From Ginglymostoma cirratum (taxonomy: Eukaryota), in contig JAHRHZ010000018.1 in NCBI GenBank assembly GCA_024137785.1, forward strand, positions 32,281,307 through 32,345,306: DNA of 64,000 nucleotides. Reading direction: 5' to 3'. Every line of letters starts with the position of its first letter. The stretch's first letter is position 1. Shown here one piece after another: positions 14,290-25,732 of the stretch. The notes beneath the pieces were generated by a model, which saw only the letters and a program-made list of their open reading frames with translations, made no database searches and was not told the origin of the DNA. Made by a program: the position numbers and the translations under genes.

Positions 14290-14667
14290 AATAAAAACCG
14301 AAAGAACTGCAGATGCTGTAAATCAGGAACAAAAACAGAAGTTGCTGGAAAAGCTCAGCAGGTCTGGCAGCATCTGTGAAGAAAAAATCAGAANNNNNNN
14401 NNNNNNNNNNNNNNNNNNNNNNNNNNNNNNNNNNNNNNNNNNNNNNNNNNNNNNNNNNNNNNNNNNNNNNNNNNNNNNNNNNNNNNNNNNNNNGGAAAAG
14501 CTCAGCAGGTCTGGCAGCATCTGTGAAGAAAAAATCAGAAGGTTAACGTTTCGGGTCCAGTGACCCATTCTGAGGAAGGGTCACTGGACCCAAAACATTA
14601 GTTCTGATTTTTTCTTCACAGATGCTGCCAGACCTGCTGAGCTTTTCCAGCAACTTCTGCTTTTGTT
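14290..14667. mobile_element. Fold-back Penelope terminus (family A), hammerhead-bearing, spanning an assembly gap
   Basis: Inverted arms meet near 14567. Flanked by caggaggactta (14275-14286) and caggacgactta (14668-14679), a 12-bp TSD with 1 mismatch. Confidence 0.85.
14394..14493. other. Assembly gap (100 N)
   Basis: Run of 100 Ns. The 47 nt before it (14347-14393) are repeated exactly after it (14494-14540). Confidence 0.99.
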
Positions 14668-15057
14668 CAGGACGACTTAGGCTGGTGGAATGGGCAGATC
14701 TGACATAGAATTGTGAAGTGTTACATTTTTGATAAGTAGAATGAAGAAAAACAATTGAAAATAAAGGAGGCAAATCTAAACATGAGGCAGAAACAAAGAG
14801 CTTTATTTTATTGTGCACAAATTGTTGGATGGCAAGGCAGGTTGAGGAAGTATTTAAAAATCATGCTGGATTCTGGACTTTACAAATAGAGGCAAAAACG
14901 ACAAAACAAGGAAGTTATGATGAAGTTTTATAGAATTCTGATTGACCTCAGTTGAACTACTATGTCTAATTCTGGGAGCCATAGTATTAGAAGGATGTAA
15001 AGGTTTTAGAAAGGGGTGCAGAAAAAAGTTACAAAAATGATTCCATAGATGAGGGAC

Positions 15058-15285
15058 AAAAATTGCTAGGAAAACCTAACCGGTCTGGCAGCATCTGTGG
15101 AGAGAAAGCAGAGTTAATGTTTTAGGTCCATGACCCTGCTTCAGAAATGTTCTGTTCAGTTCAGTTCTGAAGAAGGGTCACTGAACTTCTTTCTCTCCAC
15201 AGATGCAGCCAAAGCTGCTGAGCTTACCCAGCAGTTTCTGTTTTTGTTCCTAATTTCTAGCATCTGCAGTTCTTTGAGGCATTTA
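15058..15285. mobile_element. Older fold-back Penelope terminus (family A)
   Basis: Diverged inverted arms. Flanks tccatagatgagggac (15042-15057) and tccagagctgagggac (15286-15301) form a 16-bp TSD with 2 mismatches. Confidence 0.75.
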
Positions 15286-18200
15286 TCCAGAGCTGAGGGA
15301 CTTCAGTTCATAGGTAGAGTAGAGAAACTATATTGATTTCCTTTGGAGAATATTAAGAAGAGATTTGACAAATATTCAAAATTATGAAATCTGGACAAGA
15401 ATAGATAGAGGGAAGCTATTGCTTTTAGCAGAAGGGTCAAGTACCAGATTTAAGATGTTTGTTAAAAGAGCTTTCAGTGCCATGAGGAATGAGACTTCTA
15501 CATAGAAAATATTTAGGGTCTAGAATACACTCCATGACAGAATAGTGAGGGAAGATGCAAACAATACTTTCAAAACAGTTGGATAAAGACCTTAGCAGAA
15601 AATGTTTGCTGGGTTGTGGGGAGGGGCAGGAGAGTGGAACAAGATAAGTTGCTTTCGACAGAGCTGGCACACAGTAGATGAGCCAATGTCCTCCTGTGCT
15701 ATAAGCATTCTCTGATTCTGTGTCACTGGATTCCTTATTGTGCAAATCAGACAACAAGCACGATGGGTTTGCAGTACATTTTCCAATTGCTATTGCTCTT
15801 GGACAAAAGTTTAATTGATTGGATCTTCCCAAAAGTGGCATAGTTGATCAGATTGCGATGCTGCTTATAAGTACTCCATTACTGTCAGGATCATCAGATA
15901 TCAGCTATCAAAGATTTGCACTGTGCAATGTCCCTTGGAACTCCACTGGAGCTTGGAGGGATGGGGAGGAGACAGGACACATCTCTTTTAATGGCACTAG
16001 CTGCCATGTGGTAAGTTTAAAGGTACAGTTTGAATGTTAAAGTGGATGGGTGGGTGAAGTGGTACATCAAGAGTAATCATGTTGGTGTGTAAACAGAGGT
16101 GTAAGGGTTGCACAGTTAGCTGGTCATAAGTAGTGGTGGAGTCAGGATGGGAGTGGGTTGGGAAAGCAATCAGTTTGTGTCCTGGTCAGGTATTCGATTG
16201 CATGGTGTCTGGGCTTAGATTGTCAGGTATGGTTGAGGGAGTGTTCAGTGATCATGGAGCTGTTGGGCGCAATGGGGGTTGACTGGGGTGTCAAGTATCT
16301 TTACCCAGATGTTATTCTAGATTTTAATCTGTCAAACACTTTCTGACCAGCCACCCAGGTAGATACTGCAAAACTGTTCAAAGTCTCCACAGAGGGTCAG
16401 GGGAACAGAAAGCAGAGAGTTTAAACAATCTGGGCTATTTCCACAGATGTCCACATATCAGAACTTCCACAAGTTCACAAATGGCATCTTCAATCATGCG
16501 TCTGAATTCCAACGATCCAGAGACTGAAAGATGTCACTCATTGTATTTATGCTAAATTCTTTTGCATGCATTTAAAATACAATCATGAAGAAGTAAGTAG
16601 TGAACCAATTACAAGTTTGCGAAGTGTTTTGTATGAGAACTGGATCAGTCAAAAAATGCACACTGTTGCTCTCACTAAAGAAATTTGATGCCAGAGATAA
16701 ATACAATTCCCCCATTGATCAGACTTGTCTATAGTCTCAAATATGATGTAGGTAAGGTACAGATTGTCAGGTTATTTGACTTAATGAATTATTGCAAGCA
16801 GATTTCAGCAGCATATTTATTGAAAGTTGTGCATGCATTATTCGCTGCATACAGCAAGTGGCAGTATTTTGTTAGGGTATTTTACAATTGGGGTAAAGAA
16901 GCCAGGAAGGGGATGGGAAGTACTCCAGAAGTATGCTTGTGAGGTTTGTTGGTATTTGTCTGGATGTTAGGTTCTTGAAGATGTATTTTCATTAAACCTT
17001 TAAGAAAACAGCCTTAATAGGGTGTCAATTTTGACTTCTGTATCTTAACTGCTTATTGTTGAGTTGAAGGGGGTGAATAAAAGAGGAGGGTATCAATTTC
17101 AGTCTTGGAAAATATTTTTATCTTCTAAGATTGTACTGCCAGAATTGGGATGTGTAATCCAAAAGGTAATTTCTGGAGGCAAAAATTGCAGTTTCTGGCA
17201 GGAATTTTTGACTAACAAGTTACTCTTTTTAAAGATGCTTTTTCTGGACAAATTCTTAAAGATACTCCTATACTTGAATAACTATTCAAATTTAAGGACA
17301 TCAGTGCTTCCAAGTTGTCTTAAAAGCCTGGAATTAGGCCTATGGATACACCTCCTGAAGACATATCTGAACATTAATAATTCAAACAAAGATTTTGATT
17401 ATACATGCTTACTAATACAGACATGTTTTGCTTATTAGTTCTATTAAAGAGGCAGCCAGGCCAGCTTCCAAAAAATAATATTTTCACTGGGACCCTTTTT
17501 AGTTTTATTTTATCTGTGTTATTAATCCTTTTTTCTATTTCAGATAACTTAGCTGCCTGTATATATTCCAGCATTTTCTATGACTGTATTGATTTCCAAC
17601 AAATACCCTGTGTGTATTTCAGATTTCAGCATTCATCCTTGCAAATGGGTGGGAAATATGTTTTGGCGTTATGCAATAAATCTCAACAAGTATTTACTAC
17701 ATTTTTTTTTGAGTAATACACTTTGCTGCCCAGGTACTGCACTTCTAAATATCACAATCCTGAGGTGGGGTGAATAATGGAATCAACAATTGCAAACGCG
17801 TATTTGTAGAGTACAAACATACTATCTGTTGAATTATGATGGAATGGATTTTACGTAACTATTATTAAACTATATCAATTAGTATCTAATTTTATTATAA
17901 GCCATTACCTGAAAAAAGTTTGTTTTACATTAGTGTGTGGAAATGAAAATTTTTCTGGAAAATTGAATTAATTGCCTGCAATGCACTAATAGAGCAAAAC
18001 ATTCCACTGGCTAGCTCTATTGATTTTTTTTTAATCATCCAGCAATATATTTATTATATTCATTCTCATGAAGTGCGCGTTTTATGTGCTTTCAAATAAA
18101 TGAAGCACATCGACACCCATCTACAGATAGTGACAAGCTTAAAAATTAATTAAAGTAGGAGATATGAGAGACCAAGCAAAACCTGGTATGTAACTATAGC

Positions 18201-19974
18201 ATGTAAATATAAAGACTTTTCATTACTTAAAACTTACAGTACCTAACCAGGGAATTTGCCCTAACTAACTTATTCCAGTGGTTATCCTACACATCAGCTT
18301 TCTCCCATGTACCTTCCAACCTCCTACTTAAATACATTGATGCTTTTATAATAATTATTCCGTCCGATAGCAAATCCCATTTTTTAACAACTCCCTGGGT
18401 AACTAACTGTCTTCTGAATTCCTTACTGGATTTATAAATCACTTTCTTACATTATGGCATCTGATTTTTTTAATCAGTATATGCATACATAAAATAAGAT
18501 GAAAAGTTTGTTAAATATGATGAATAAATGTTTGTCTGCAGGATGATAATGATTTTGGTACAGAATTTTCTATGCTCTGTTTTTATACTGAGTGAATGAA
18601 TGTTCTTGTTTGAATGATGCTGGGAATTTACATTCGTTATATCTATTGATATATCCATGATTTTTTCTTCCACTGATGTAATGACTTCGTGGAACACAAT
18701 GCCTTTAGGCCACTCCATATTGCATTTGATTGCTCATCTTTCTACCTAAACCAAGACGCTGGCCAAGTTTAACCCTGCCCACCTGGCATAAACTAGATGT
18801 TTAAAATCACCCAGGAAAGTTATTTGACAATGTCCCTCCTGTTTCACTGATTAGCAAGTGGGAGGAAATCAGTGGGGCCATGCTTTAAATATGCAGATCA
18901 GCCAGTGATGAGATAATCATATCCAACACCTATTTTACTTAGTGGCCTAAGCAGGGAAGCTGTTGTGGCTGTCATGTTGGGTGAACATGATAGGGGAAAG
19001 AGCCAGAAGAAACTAAAATTGGTCATTTTGATTCAGCCTATTTAATTTCCTTATGGGAGCAGGGAAGCAAAAGTACCCTATGAAGTTAGCTATCCATTAT
19101 CCCAAACTCTCCCAACCATCACTCATGAGTTCCTGCCCACAACACCATTGCCGTGACGTACCGGGTCCCAGAGACTATTCACACAGTTGAGGTTCGGATA
19201 ATTCACTATTCAGTTCATCCTATCTGATCTTGTCCTAGTTAGATTCAAGGCTCGAGTGTCGAGTTTGGATGCCATCACAATTCAGCCCAATCTTTTTGGC
19301 AACCAATAAGTGCTCATCTATAATAATCCGGGGTCATAACTCTACCTATTTTTTTCTTTCTCCCCTTTATTTCATTAATTCTAATTCCCAGTCTCGTGTT
19401 TCCTTAATTGGAAACTTTGGCACAGCTATGCTGGCTGTACTGGGATGAGTTCTCTTAGCCAAAAATGAAGATCACACTTGTGACTTTACTCTAGAGAACT
19501 GCAGAACAGTGGACATTAATGCGATCAGAGTTCCTTGATTTTCTTTTCTTTCTTGAGGAAATAATTGATTTGAGAGTTATGTAACAGCACTAACATTATC
19601 ATTGTACTGATATTAGAAGGAAGTCTGTGTTGTCTTTGAACAAAGATACTTCTCTTCAAACAGAATGTTGGAGTAAAAATTGACTGTGGGCCAGTATGAG
19701 GTTGAATTGTTTCGATGCCCTTGGGGAGAAAATGCTGTGATGTTGAATGCTTTTGGGCCTTTTTGTGCATCTGAAGAAGGAATGTAGTGGTGTCCATCTC
19801 CTTATTTTGTTCAATTTCCTCGCTGGTTCCAAATACTGATTAACGAGAAAATACACTGCAATTTTTCTGACGTTCTCGCATGACTTTTGACAGATAAGTA
19901 ATTTCAGGCATTTTAAAGTTTTTGGAGGTTTATGCTATACAATTGACTTTTATTTCCTCATGTTCCATTTGCAG

Positions 19975-20032
19975 ACCTCTCAGAAGATCAATGCACGCTG
20001 GACAACGGAGGAGCAGCTGCTTGCAGTACAAG
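19975..20032 (+). CDS. RCOR3: RCOR3 coding exon (start of SANT2)
   Basis: ccatttgcAG| acceptor, 58 nt encoding TSQKINARWTTEEQLLAVQ(G), |GTgagc donor; phase 1 end. Confidence 0.96.
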
Positions 20033-20760
20033 GTGAGCTTCTTCTGAATCTGGGATTTCACAAATGTCCCTATTCTTTTGGCATTTTATGGGTACAGTAT
20101 TAATGAAGCAATCAAACAAAAAACCCAAGGCCTCTCGGACGTGTTGGATTTTACATAACACTCAGCTGCTTCTAGATGTTCTTTGGCCACCAGCACTCTT
20201 ACGATAATAACATTTTTTCATTTCTTAGGATAATAACTTGTTTGTTGTATAATCAGTACTATTTTATTTGCCTTTTAAATTAACCTTGGCTATTCAAAAG
20301 TTTGAGTTATGCGAATATGAGCATTCTGCTTGAATGATACGTCAGGTATTCATTACAACAGTGAACACAATTACAAGTTTGTAGAAGCATTGGAAGTGGG
20401 AGCATGAGTCAGCCACTCGGCCTGCTGAGCCTACACCGTCACTCAGATAGATCAAAGCTAGTTGTCTACCTCTACTACGTATTTTCCACTATCTCCTATC
20501 CCTTGATGTCCTCAGTGAAATTTTAAATCATTACAAGGAGGAATTCATTAAACATATAATTTTCTGTTTGTCTTCCTCGTGAGCAAGATTTATGAAAATT
20601 ATCAGAATCTTGAAATATCCATACTTGTTTTTGACAGCAATTTAAAGTTTATTTTAATTAAAGAAGTAGTTTGGCACTGAAATTGCCTCAAATTGGAGGT
20701 GGATTCAAGAACTGTCAATTTTGCTTCATTTGCCAGTGCTAGAAAATCTCTCCAGACATT

Positions 20761-21833
20761 TCTCCCGCATTTCCCGGAACACATCCCTCACGCCCCGTCC
20801 CCACAACAATAACCAAAAAAGAATCCCCCTCGTCCTCACATACCACCCCACCAACCTCCGGATCCAACGCATCATCCTCCGACACTTCCGCCATCTGCAA
20901 TCAGACCCCACCACCAGAGACATTTTTCCCTCCCCACCCTTATCTGCCTTCCGGAGGGACCACTCCCTCCGCGACTCCCTTGTCCGCTCCACACTCCCCT
21001 CCAGCCCCACCACACCCGGCACTTTTCCTTGTAACCGCAGGAAGTGCTACACCTGCCCCCACACCTCCTCCCTCACCCCAATCCCAGGCCCCAAGAAGAC
21101 TTTCCACATCAGGCAGAGGTTCACCTGCACATCTGCCAGTGTGGTATACTGCATCCGCTGTACCCGTTGTGGCTTCCTCTACATCGGGGAAACCAAGCGG
21201 AGGCTTGGGGACCGCTTTGCAGAACACCTGCGCTCAGTTCACAACAAACAACTGCACCTCCCAGTCGCGAACCATTTCAACTCCCCCTCCCATTCCTCAG
21301 ATGACATGTCCATCCTTGGCCTCCTGCAATGCCACAGTGATGCCACCCGAAGGCTGCAGGAACAGCAAATCATATTCAGCCTGGGAACCCTGCAGCCCAA
21401 TGGCATCAATGTGGATTTCACAAGCTTCAAAATCTCCCCTCCCCCAACCGCATCCCAAAACCAGCCCAGCTCATCTCCGCCTCCCTAACCTGTTTTTCCT
21501 CTCACCCCAAGCCACACCCCCATCTCCTATCTACTAACATCATCCCGCCCCCTTGACCTGTCCGTCCTCCCTGGACTGACCTATCTCCTCCCTACCCCCC
21601 TACCTACACTCACCTTTACTGGCTCCATCCCCGCCTCTTTGACTTGTCTGCCTCCTCTCCACCTATCCTCTCCTCTATCCATCCTCTATCCGCCTCCCCC
21701 TCTCTCCCTATTTATTTCAGAACCCTCTTCCCCTCCCCCATTTCTGATGAAGGGTTTAGGCCCGAAACGTCAAGTTTTCCTGCTCCTTTGATGCTGCTTG
21801 ACCTGCTGTGTTCATCCAGCCCCATGCTTGTTA
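20761..21833 (+). mobile_element. 5'-truncated Penelope-like retroelement (Neptune-type): Cys linker, GIY-YIG endonuclease and 3' terminus
   Basis: Uninterrupted ORF to 21488 with RIPLVLTYHP, CNRRKCYTCPH and VVYCIRCTRCGFLYIGETKRRLGDRFAEH...HF...LGTLQPNGIN, followed by a C-rich 3' region and a hammerhead motif. Confidence 0.93.
21740..21775 (+). ncRNA. Minimal hammerhead ribozyme motif, core intact
   Basis: attt-CUGAUGA-a-GGGU-uuag-GCCC-GAAA-C-GUC-aagu. Conserved core, stem II GGGU/GCCC, palindromic ACGU stem III, short stem I (auuu/aagu). Predicted cleavage after C21771. Confidence 0.75.
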
Positions 21834-23922
21834 CAAAGATAATCTATGTAGGTTAACTCATGAAAGGTGACCGGTTGTGCCTTGACCTTGACATGAGAAG
21901 GTCACCATCTACTCTGCTGCTGTGATATTTTTCTGTTTCCCGCAAGAGCTATCCTGTGGCATCCGGAGTAAAATTTTCAATTGCTGAATTATAGGCATTA
22001 CTGAGCTTGGGCGCCCTCTTCCCACTCTCTACTAGACTATGATTGCACCACAATAATTTTTTTTCTGAAGTCCTGTGTCAGCAGAGACCTATTCCAGTTT
22101 CTATTGACTGTTTTTACCAGTTAATGTGAATTGAATTTGAACCAAGAGGTAAAGGCCAGTGTCCAACCTGCAGTTTTCCACCACTTCTTCATCTTTTTTT
22201 CCAACAAAATAGTCATTTATAATTTTATTTTAGAATGTATTCTACTTCATTAAAAATAAAATTTCCAAAAATTAACATTAAATTTCTTAACTTTTATTAT
22301 CTTTGACTTACAATGTTTGCATTCAGCTCTATAACAGAGATTTGGAGATGCAGCAATTTTGAGTTTAAGAAATTGATTTAGCATTTATAGACATAGTCAT
22401 AAAAGTTTCAAGAAATACTCTGTTGTAAAATTTTATACATTTGGAGTCCCATGGTAGTAGTCAAGTGGTTTCTTTATTGTGCTTTTGGGGAGCAATGCTA
22501 GTCAGTCCAAGCGCTGCTTTGCCAAGGTTCAAATGAGCACAGTTTACATATGTTTTCATTATTAGTTACAACGCAATGGTATTTAGGCAAAAGCCACAGA
22601 ATAATAACCCCTGGTGGGCTGATAATTGTGTTCCTGTACAGTAATTGCAATGCAGAGGTATTGTCCTTCCAGAGACTGTAAAGAATGTGTGTGTGTTCTG
22701 CATAAGAGGTTTACAGTAGTGAATTGATGTGGTTTGGACCATCAGGCGATGTAACAATGCCTTCCCTATTACATTATTTTGTGCATTGTTTGTTTGCTTT
22801 CCATTTCTTAATCACGTCATCCTGCATTATTGTTTATGTATGCTACCCTAGCTCCTGATCCTAACTGGCATGTTATATTAAATTCAAATTTTGCACCTTC
22901 AGCCACTTCACCTAGAGATGCTTTTACTTAAAGTAAGTGTGCCAATTCAGCTCCCTCAAGCTTTATGGCTTAGGAACTCCTCCAAAACAGTTTACCCAAT
23001 GTTTTTGATTCTTGAACATGTCTCAAAAATTTAAAACCTAATGTTAGAAGTAATATATTAGAATTAATTCTTTGTAGCCAATTTCTGTATATGTATAATA
23101 TACGCAGTGCACAAGAAACTAATGTCACTAAATATCCAACCTGTATGGGCACAGGAAAATTAGAGCATCCTTAAAACTATGGATTCTTCTTTCATTCAGC
23201 AGGATGATTTTAAAAACAGGTAGAAATAGTCATGTGCTGAAATGTTCAAACACTAGAATGCCCCTTAAGTTTAAATGTGGAGTGCTGCAACACAAACTTA
23301 AAGATTTGTACACTAATAAGGCAATTTACCCAACTTTCACGACTGCAACGATACAGATTTCATACTTTATAATCTCAGTGATAAAGATTACCGAGACTAT
23401 TCTGCTGAGCCAGACTACATCCTTTTTAGACAAATAATCCTTTCCATTAGCAACACTGAAGTTTTACTGTTCTCGGCACATATGGTTTATCTCTGCAACA
23501 GAAATTACATGCAACTCATTTAAAGTAGGGATTCTTGATTCATTGAATAAGACTTTTTAAACACCATTCCTTCATATTGGTAATCGGATAACGTGTTCAG
23601 GAGATTATTCATGTGAATTTAATTTGTAAACTGTGCACACAGCACAACTTTTCACGTGTAAAAATGCGCGTCCTTTCTGTTGACCCCCTCCATCTGTATT
23701 ACAGGGAGAAGGCAGGAGAATGGGATTGAGAAACTTATCGGCTGTGATCAAATGGCAGAGCAGACTCAGTGAGCCAAATGGCCAAATTCTGCTCCTATAT
23801 CTTATGGTCCTAGATTGACTATTTTTCTGATTTTCTATTTAGGTGCTTATAAATATTTCCGTCTTGCCTTTTCAGTATTGGGAGAAGAAATCACTATCTA
23901 AAAAGGTCTTGTGTGACTGCAG

Positions 23923-24164
23923 GTGTCCGTAAATATGGAAAGGACTTTCAAGCCATCGCAGATGTGATTGGAAACAAGACTGTTGGACAAGTGAAAAACT
24001 TTTTTGTTAACTACAGACGTCGTTTTAATCTTGAAGAAGTCCTACAGGAATGGGAGGCAGAACAAGGAACACAAGAATCAAATGGAGTGTCTCCTACCTC
24101 AGGGGATGAAGGAAAGCCTGCCTTGATTTCTGTTCCAGCAAAAAGTCCAGATGTAGAGGAGGAG
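23923..24164 (+). CDS. RCOR3: RCOR3 coding exon (body of SANT2 domain)
   Basis: gactgcAG| acceptor, 242 nt encoding [49 protein letters not shown]...DVEEE, |GTagta donor; restores phase 0. Confidence 0.96.
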
Positions 24165-25414
24165 GTAGTAAATTTTTCATCTCATCCTTTATTTCCATTG
24201 TAAGTGTACTTTAGCATTTAAAAAGGAACAGTTATGGGCTGGGTTTTCACTACCAAGGCAGGTGGCAGAATCCCTTTATTGATGGTGCCCCATCAGGCCA
24301 AATCTTTGCTGTAGTGGTGACAGGATATGTGAGAAACAGTCAGGCTCACTGCCCTAGAATCAGAACAGAAGTGGCAACCAGGGAAGCTGAATGCGAATGC
24401 AGGCTGTTTAGAAAAGCCTGATTCGATTCTCTGGAAGTGTGTCTGTTATTTCTTTATTTTGTTTAGGTTCTGTCGCCTCATCCGTTACACCCTGATCCTT
24501 TCCCATGCTAATTACAACATGCAGCCCTATCCAAACCCAAGAGGCCCGCGTCAGCTCAAAACAATTCCCTGCCTAATCACCCAGCATACAGTCTGTAGGA
24601 ATAGTGGTCTGTAGGGAACTGCTTAAAAACACTTATTCGTAATTTTATTGAAAAATAAAACTGTATCTAAAACCTATAAAAGTGTCAACTAGATATTTAA
24701 AATACCAGGTAACAGTAAGCATTTGGTAGTAATTTATCTTGTATACATAAACATTCAGCCATTGCAGAAGAGATCACAGATGAAAAATAGCATTATAATG
24801 TTTCAATAAGTGTCAATCAGGCAGAGTTTTCCCTTCTTCCCAGCTGTGCCACAGAGATAATACTTTTCTGGGAATCTGAGCTGTCCAGGTAAGCCTTTTT
24901 TTATCAATATATAATGAAATCTTTTAATTTCTCCTGAAAAGACAGGTGGCCTTGGTTTGGCACCTTGTATGAAAAACATCAGTCCCTATCCCTATACTAG
25001 TCAGCTTTGATTTTTGTACTCGAGTCCTGAAGCAAGACTTGAACCAACAACATTTTGAGCTTTGACTGACACCATTCCAAGATCAGAAGATGAACTAAAG
25101 ATTTTTTTACTGGTTACAGTTCAACACTGTAAAAGTAAAAGCACACATAAGGTTCTAATTTGAAATTAGCGATTTCTAGGAAACAATGGTAAACAAAACT
25201 GTGGACCCTGAGGACAATTGTTATTTAAGGATTGGTGTAATTTTTATGAATATGTAATATTAGTTTCTTAATATAGTTACATCTCAACATTTATGTGGTA
25301 TATATTAATGGGATATTTCCAAATTGTAGGCACAAGTTATTCTAATTTAAATGTCTGAAGGCTACTTGTTTTCCTGTGAGTTACGGCTAGTTCTTCTCCT
25401 TATTTCTTTTACAG

Positions 25415-25732
25415 GTTCAACCTCCTCCAGCTTCTGGCCCAGCACCTCCAACTCCAGTTACTGTAGCTGTTACATGCGTTGCTACTTTAAACCAACCTCC
25501 ACCGTTACTTCGACCAGTGCTTCCTGCAGCTCCTGCTCTTCATCGTCAGCCACCTCCACTCCAGCAACAGACTCGTTTTTTACAGCCAAGACCAACTCTT
25601 AACCAACCTCCACCTCCACTAATTCGCCCAAGTAACCCTATTCCACCCCGCTTGAATCCTAGGCCAGTACTGCAGCAGCCTCCATCGCTGATTGGAATTC
25701 AGTCAGAATCACAGCCTTCATCTTTACATTGA
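25415..25732 (+). CDS. RCOR3: RCOR3 last coding exon (Pro-rich C-terminus)
   Basis: tttcttttacAG| acceptor, then VQPPPASG...[48 protein letters not shown]...[14 protein letters not shown] with TGA at 25730-25732. This tail is diagnostic of RCOR3. Confidence 0.96.
   Translation, partial: VQPPPASGPAPPTPVTVAVTCVATLNQPPPLLRPVLPAAPALHRQPPPLQQQTRFLQPRPTLNQPPPPLIRPSNPIPPRLNPRPVLQQPPSLIGIQSESQPSSLH

Larger units (their letters stand above)
13430..15715 (+). mobile_element. CR1 LINE ORF2 (RT) remnant plus 3' end, interrupted by two PLE hairpins
   Basis: Decayed RT motifs (PDHYRPVSL at about 13760; VFVDLQMALGKLSHYRLL in ORF 13956) and a CR1-like tail ...ccaatgtcctcctgtgctataagcattctctgattct. Confidence 0.8.

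Noticed and set aside
14290-14667. Palindromes as pre-miRNAs, CRISPR repeats or terminators
   Set aside because: Eukaryotic context, no repeat-spacer array, and arms identical to dispersed PLE termini with TSDs.
17064-17716. 124-aa and 103-aa ORFs in the RCOR3 intron
   Set aside because: Low-complexity L/F/I/K-rich translations typical of AT-rich non-coding DNA; no recognisable domain.
20721-20760. Start of the 255-aa ORF as a real gene start
   Set aside because: The TTG start lies in flanking intron sequence. The element is 5'-truncated and lacks RT.
20726-21537. Several long overlapping ORFs on both strands
   Set aside because: Shadow frames of the C-rich Penelope ORF.
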